Assembly (NCBI GenBank): GCA_036785375.1
Contig: JAWMAR010000427.1
Coordinates: forward strand, 1 to 64,000
DNA from: Leucoraja ocellata
Lineage: Eukaryota
Length of the DNA: 64,000 bases
Direction of reading: 5' to 3'
Under the pieces are notes generated by a model. The model was given only the letters and a program-made list of their open reading frames with translations. It was not told where the DNA came from and searched no databases. This document shows, one piece after another, positions 58,811 through 64,000 of this stretch; the first letter of the stretch is position 1, and every line of letters starts with the position of its first letter. The position numbers and the translations under genes were made by a program.

Positions 58811-60487
58811 ACGTGGGAGAATCTCCAATTATGGGTCTCTGTTTAGAAATAGGTTTCACCTGTTTAGAGCAGAGATGAGTCATAGAGTGATACAGTGTGG
58901 AAACATGCCCTTCGGCCCAACTTTCCCACACCGGCCAACATGTCCCAGCTACACTAGTCTCACCTGCTTGCGTTTGGTCCATATACCGCCAAACCTTTCC
59001 TATCCATGTACCTATCTAAGTGTTCTTAAACGTTGGGATAGTCCCAGTCTCAACTAACTCCTCTGGCAGCTTGTTCCATGCACCCACCAGCCTTTGTGTG
59101 AAAAGGATCTGAGAGTCGATGCTCTTTGGAACCCTTCCTCTGAGGGTATTGAAAGCAGTGCATGACCTGGTTAACCCATGCAGGGCCAATGGTCTCAGTG
59201 TTGATTTAGATATTCCTCCAGAACTCTCCTGCTCATGCTGGTCCAACGATCCAAATATTACCACAATCTATCATAGTACTGATGCAGCATTCCCTCTCCG
59301 TCCCTCTCTGCTTAAACAGCACCATCGATGAGACAAAGGAGTGGATTGACTGTTGCATGCAGCATCCTGAAAAATGTCAACTCCCCCACCTCCCCGAGAA
59401 AAGACACGGAGTGCCAGGGGCCTCACAGTCAATGTGTGACCATGTGGTTTCTGGCTGAGAAGATGGAAGGGACCATCACAACACTGCATCTCTGTATCTG
59501 TACTCCAGCAGAGGAGATGTTGGCCACGGCTCAACAAAGGGCAGCTTGGAGATAAGGTGGCCATTGTGAGCATCATGACTCCGTTATAAACATTGCACTA
59601 ACAGCACATGGGAGCATGAAAATTGACCAGAAAACTCGAAGGAACTGAGTAAAATGGTGCAAACCAATGATCTCTGAGCAGGAGTAGCAGTTCAAATGCA
59701 GTGGCTATGTTCTCTTTTCTTTACCTACTGGTCTCTAACATGTACATCAGGGTGGACCTGAAGTGCAGTGGGTAGAGCTGCTCCCTCATTAGTTTCAGCA
59801 ACTTGGCTTCGTCCTGACTTCTGGTGCTGTCTGTAAGGAGTTTGCACGTTCTCCCTGTGATTGCGTGGGTTTCCCCAGGGTGCCCCAGTTTCCTCCTACA
59901 TCGCAAAGACGTGTGGTTGTTGGTTTAATTGGCCTCTGTAGGTTGCCTCTAGTGTGTGGTAGAATGCATGGGGGGGGGGGGGGGAGGGGGCGGGGAGGGG
60001 GTGGGGGTGGTGGGATGGGGAGTGGGGCTTATGGGAATGTGGGGAGAATAAAATGTGATTAATGTAAATGACAGATTTGGTGGGCTGAAGGGCAGAGGAG
60101 TCCATTCCTGATTTAGATGGGAGCTTGCCGCACCTGTAGTCCTGGAACATAGCCAGAGCTGTGGTGATAGGGTTACCGAGTCAACAGTGGAGCTTCCAAT
60201 CCCGGACGGAGTGAATCTTCAGCTGATGGGGCAAATGCAGGAGTCCCTCCTTCCCCCTGGTCACTGAAGAACCACCTCCCACACCGACACTGACCACCTT
60301 CCCCACTGTTACCTGTGCTTCAGGCAGCCACGACAGAAAGTGAGGCCACAGACCATGGCGTTCCCCTTATCCCGTATATTCAAAGCCAATTCCTGGGAAA
60401 GTAACTCAAACCTCCAAGGAACGTGGACCGCGGCTGAACCACAACAGCGCTGCAATCTACAACCACAATCTCGGAGCAAGCTCTTAC

Positions 60488-60604
60488 CTTCACATCAAAG
60501 AATGCTGATCCGAACGTTGGCAGGCGGTGCAGTAGTTTGAGGAAGGCGAGCTTCACCTCATCCCTCGTCTTCCCTGCATGCTTATTGACTATTGCCACAA
60601 TGGC
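60488..60604 (-). CDS. MYO7B: Myosin VIIb exon (FERM2)
   Basis: cccttgcag|GCC ATT GTG...GAT GTG AAG|gtaaga; 117 nt; [39 protein letters not shown]. Confidence 0.92.
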
Positions 60605-63534
60605 CTGCAAAGGGAATTGACAATGAGCTCTCAGTCTAAGCAGGGCCCAGACCGCCACTGATTGCCTATCGCATACACACGGCGTATCGGGTACATTTGG
60701 GTTCTGCCTTATTGCATTCTTGGATGTTAAAAATTCCCCTCAAGTTATAGAGTCATAAGGTCATAAATGATAGGAGTAGAATCAGTCCATTCACCCCATC
60801 AACTCTATACCGCCATTCAATCATGGCTGATCTACTCTCCCTCCTAACCACACTTTCTTGCCTACTCCCATCACCTCTGACACCTGTACTAATCAAAAAT
60901 TTAACTATCTCTGCCTTAAATATATCCACTGACTTTGCCCCTACAGCCTTTTATGGCAAAGAAACTCAACAGATTCACTACTCTCCGACTAAAGAAATTT
61001 CTCCTCATCTCCTTCCAAAAAGAACATCCTTTAATTCTGAGGCTAAGACCTCTGGTACTGGACTCTCCCACTTGTGGAAACATACAGCATGGAACCAGGC
61101 CCTTCGGCCCAACTTGCCCACGCACCAACATGTCCCATCTACACTACTCCCACCTGCCTGCTTTTGGCCCATATCCCTCTAAATGTACCCCAGGGGCTGC
61201 ACCCTATCTTCTAACTTGCTACATTTATCGCCCTCCAAATTCAAGTGAGGTCAGTTATGCCAGATCATCAGTTACATTGCCAGCATTCTGCTTTATTTTC
61301 TCTTCTGGCATTTAACATTTTATTCATCTCCACATATTTACATCTCCTGGGACACCAGAGCCTGAGGAAATGTTACTGAAAGATGTAAAACCTGGAGGGG
61401 ATATGACAATGTAGAGGCCTAAATATTTAAACCACAGCAAGAGCATCGGACAAAGAGTTGTAGTTAGAAGGTTAGGGGGGATCATTTCAAATTGAGGCAT
61501 TTAGGAACTTCTAGTCGTGGGTGGGTGCTGGTGTTCTCTACCTCAGATGGTGGTGGAGATTAATTCACTGCCTCAGAGGGTGGTAGAGAAGCAAATCACT
61601 GTGACTATTTAAAGACAGATGGCTTTCGGGAAAACTAGGGAATTGAGGGATAGGAGGAGAAGGGGCTGAATGGCCTACTCGTACTCCCACGTTCTCCAAC
61701 TCTCCTCTTGTTTCCCGGACCTGATGAAAGATTGACGATTGCGGTGTTGACCCTGTCCCACTTTCCACAGACACTGCCTAACTTGCTGAGGGTTCAAACC
61801 TCCAGCACCCAAAACATTTACCCTTTGGCTTTAACTATCTTCCCCACACAGTCCATGACATGTCAATGCAACCATTTTCCTCGAAAATCTCTCCACATTC
61901 CTGTCCAATGGCTAAAAGAGCAACTGCTCTATTTATCCAGGTACAAGCCTTCTCACGGTGCAGACACTGTGTGGGCTGCACCATCTCCTGTGGCCTCTGG
62001 GTCTCATAGGAGTTCAATGTGATTCTCCCTCGAGACCGTGAGGCAGTGCATGTCACTGATGCACATGCCGGCCATTGATTTTTCCCAGAGGCCCAACAAC
62101 GTCAGAGATAGGAACGATCATTTGGGATTGTTTTTAATGTAACTGCATAACTTTTGAGAGCTGTGCAGCTCGGTCGTTGTGTTTCATGTTGCCAATTAAC
62201 CTCTTGACCCCACAACGTACTCTATTACACTTGAGTTTTTATAAGCTCTTAAAACATTCCAAAGGTCTGCTTTCAATGGTCTTATTTTCACAGCCCAGTA
62301 ACGGGGACAGTAGCTCCCAAAAGGCAGAAGATTGCTTCATCAATTTCTCATGAGTTGGACATAGAGACATGTGGCCAGAGAGTACGGCACTCACAAATGG
62401 CCAGCGAGTAATGTTCCTCACAAATGGCTATGCGTGGGTTTCCTCCGACATCGGTTTCCTCCCCCACACATCAAAGACGTACAAAGCTTAATTGGCTCGG
62501 TATAAATGTAAATTGGCCCTGGTGTGTGCAGGGTGGTGTTAGTGTGCGGGCATCGCTGGTCGGTGCGGGCTTGCTGGGCTGAAAGGCCTGTTTCTGCGCT
62601 GTCTCTCTAAACTAAACTAAATGGCCAGGGAGTAATGTTGCTCACAAATGGCCAGCGAGTAATGGTATCGACTGGTTGAGGCAAGCAGTTACCCACAGAG
62701 GTTTATCTTCCCATTACTTACTGTTACTTGTGGTGAACTCTAAGGATCTTCTGTTCTTGATCTGCATGCTGCTCCTCTCACCCGCCCGCCTCTCTCTTAA
62801 CTCATTCCTTCCCATATAACCATATAACAATTACTTATAACATATAATAATCCCCTCCTGTGTTGATTCTGGCTACTTTCCCTCTCCACTTTCAGTCTCA
62901 CTGAAGGGTCCCAACCCAAAATGTTGACTGTCTACTTCCTCCCCACAGATGCTGCTCAACTTGCTGAGTTCTTCTAGAAGTCTGTTTTTTGCTCCAGATT
63001 CCAGCACCTGCAGCCCCTTGGGTCTCCTTGGTTTGTGGGTTGATGCAATGCACTCAACCCTCACTGTCAGCTTGGGTGTGAGCCACGAGTCCTCCTTGAA
63101 TCCACTGACTAATCACACCTGAGCGGGCAGTTACACCGGCCCCAGGTTTCCATGAGCAGTGTGTTTTCCTGCAGGAAAGGCTGGTTGTGGGGCATGTGCA
63201 CCGTGGTCCTGAGATAGACCGGCTGCATTGCTATTGAATGGTGGACCAGGAACAAGGGGCCTTAACTGCCAATGAAGACACAAGTGACTGGAGACTTTGG
63301 AATCTGAAGCAGGAAACAAATTGGTGGAGAAACCCAGTGGATCGAGCAGCATCTGTGGAGGGTAAATAATTGCAGCCGTTTCGGGTTGGGGCCCTTCATC
63401 AGTCCTCCCCAATAGATGCTGCTCCATCTACTGAGTTCCTCTTTCTTGCCACAATACGTTCTGTTGAAGTAGAAAGTTCTGCCCTAAAGCAGATTTAATG
63501 ATTCGTTAACGGGTTTGGAAAACGCCTTGGGTAC

Positions 63535-63720
63535 CTTCTTCCATTCTTCAGGCGACATCATCCGAAGCATGTCCTGGGGCACCAGATCCTTCAGTAGTTT
63601 GGGAATGTTGACAAACTGGGACTTATCATCGTTGAACTTCACTTTGTACAGGAAAGCGGCCACTTGGACGGCATCGTCCCTGGTGCACGAGTGGTATCCC
63701 CGCAGGTACTTGGGCAGCTC
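63535..63720 (-). CDS. MYO7B: Myosin VIIb exon (second FERM domain)
   Basis: ctcttcccag|GAG CTG CCC AAG...TGG AAG AAG|gtacc; 186 nt; [62 protein letters not shown]. Confidence 0.92.
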
Positions 63721-64000
63721 CTGGGAAGAGGGAAGGGGCAAAATGGAAAGTTAGAGCAGAACATTTGGGACATACTCGGCAGGTGTGAGTAAGAAACCGC
63801 CAGCGTTTGGGGTTTGCGGCCTTTCATCAGAACTGGGAAACGGGGAGACGAGGTCGTTCTCTGATGGAGAGTCAATGAGGGCAAGACGCATGGAGCAAAA
63901 GGACCATCTATGATAAGACAAAGTGAAATGGCGGAAAAGGGGCAGTTACCAGTGCAGGCTTCCTGGTTTGTGTAAAAAATTGTTAATGGAAAGGCTGTGG

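Noticed and set aside
51947-63720. Calling the myosin MYO7A
   Set aside because: Exon sizes fit both paralogues, but synteny with LIMS2/GPR17 and residues (QTSEP, GSTYFHM, EEWKK, TSYV) favour MYO7B.

Overview
Vertebrate genomic DNA. The repeat content (V-SINE/HE1-like SINEs, HER1/CR1 LINE tails, Penelope-like elements) points to a cartilaginous fish, probably a skate or ray (inference). The window holds the conserved LIMS2-GPR17-MYO7B block. (1) Nine coding exons of LIMS2/PINCH2 lie on the + strand (929-45339, 325 aa from the ATG at 933, all GT-AG, phases consistent). (2) GPR17 is nested antisense in the 36.7-kb LIMS2 intron (CDS 9541->8543), with a candidate TATA/Sox promoter and non-coding first exon near 14443-14700. 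(3) The last five coding exons of MYO7B (C-terminal FERM domain) lie on the - strand (63720->51947), converging on the LIMS2 3' end. Introns are full of decayed CR1, Rex/Babar, Penelope-like and HERO retroelement fragments, V-SINEs, PIF/Harbinger MITEs and simple repeats. The most striking observation is a complete hammerhead-ribozyme catalytic core at the 3' end of a HERO-like retrotransposon fragment (23386-23450), with its three strands in a non-circularly permuted order. In addition, the very abundant short repeat here is the hammerhead-bearing 3' end of a Penelope-like element, often in inverted pairs. All folding and family assignments were made by eye and need computational or experimental confirmation.
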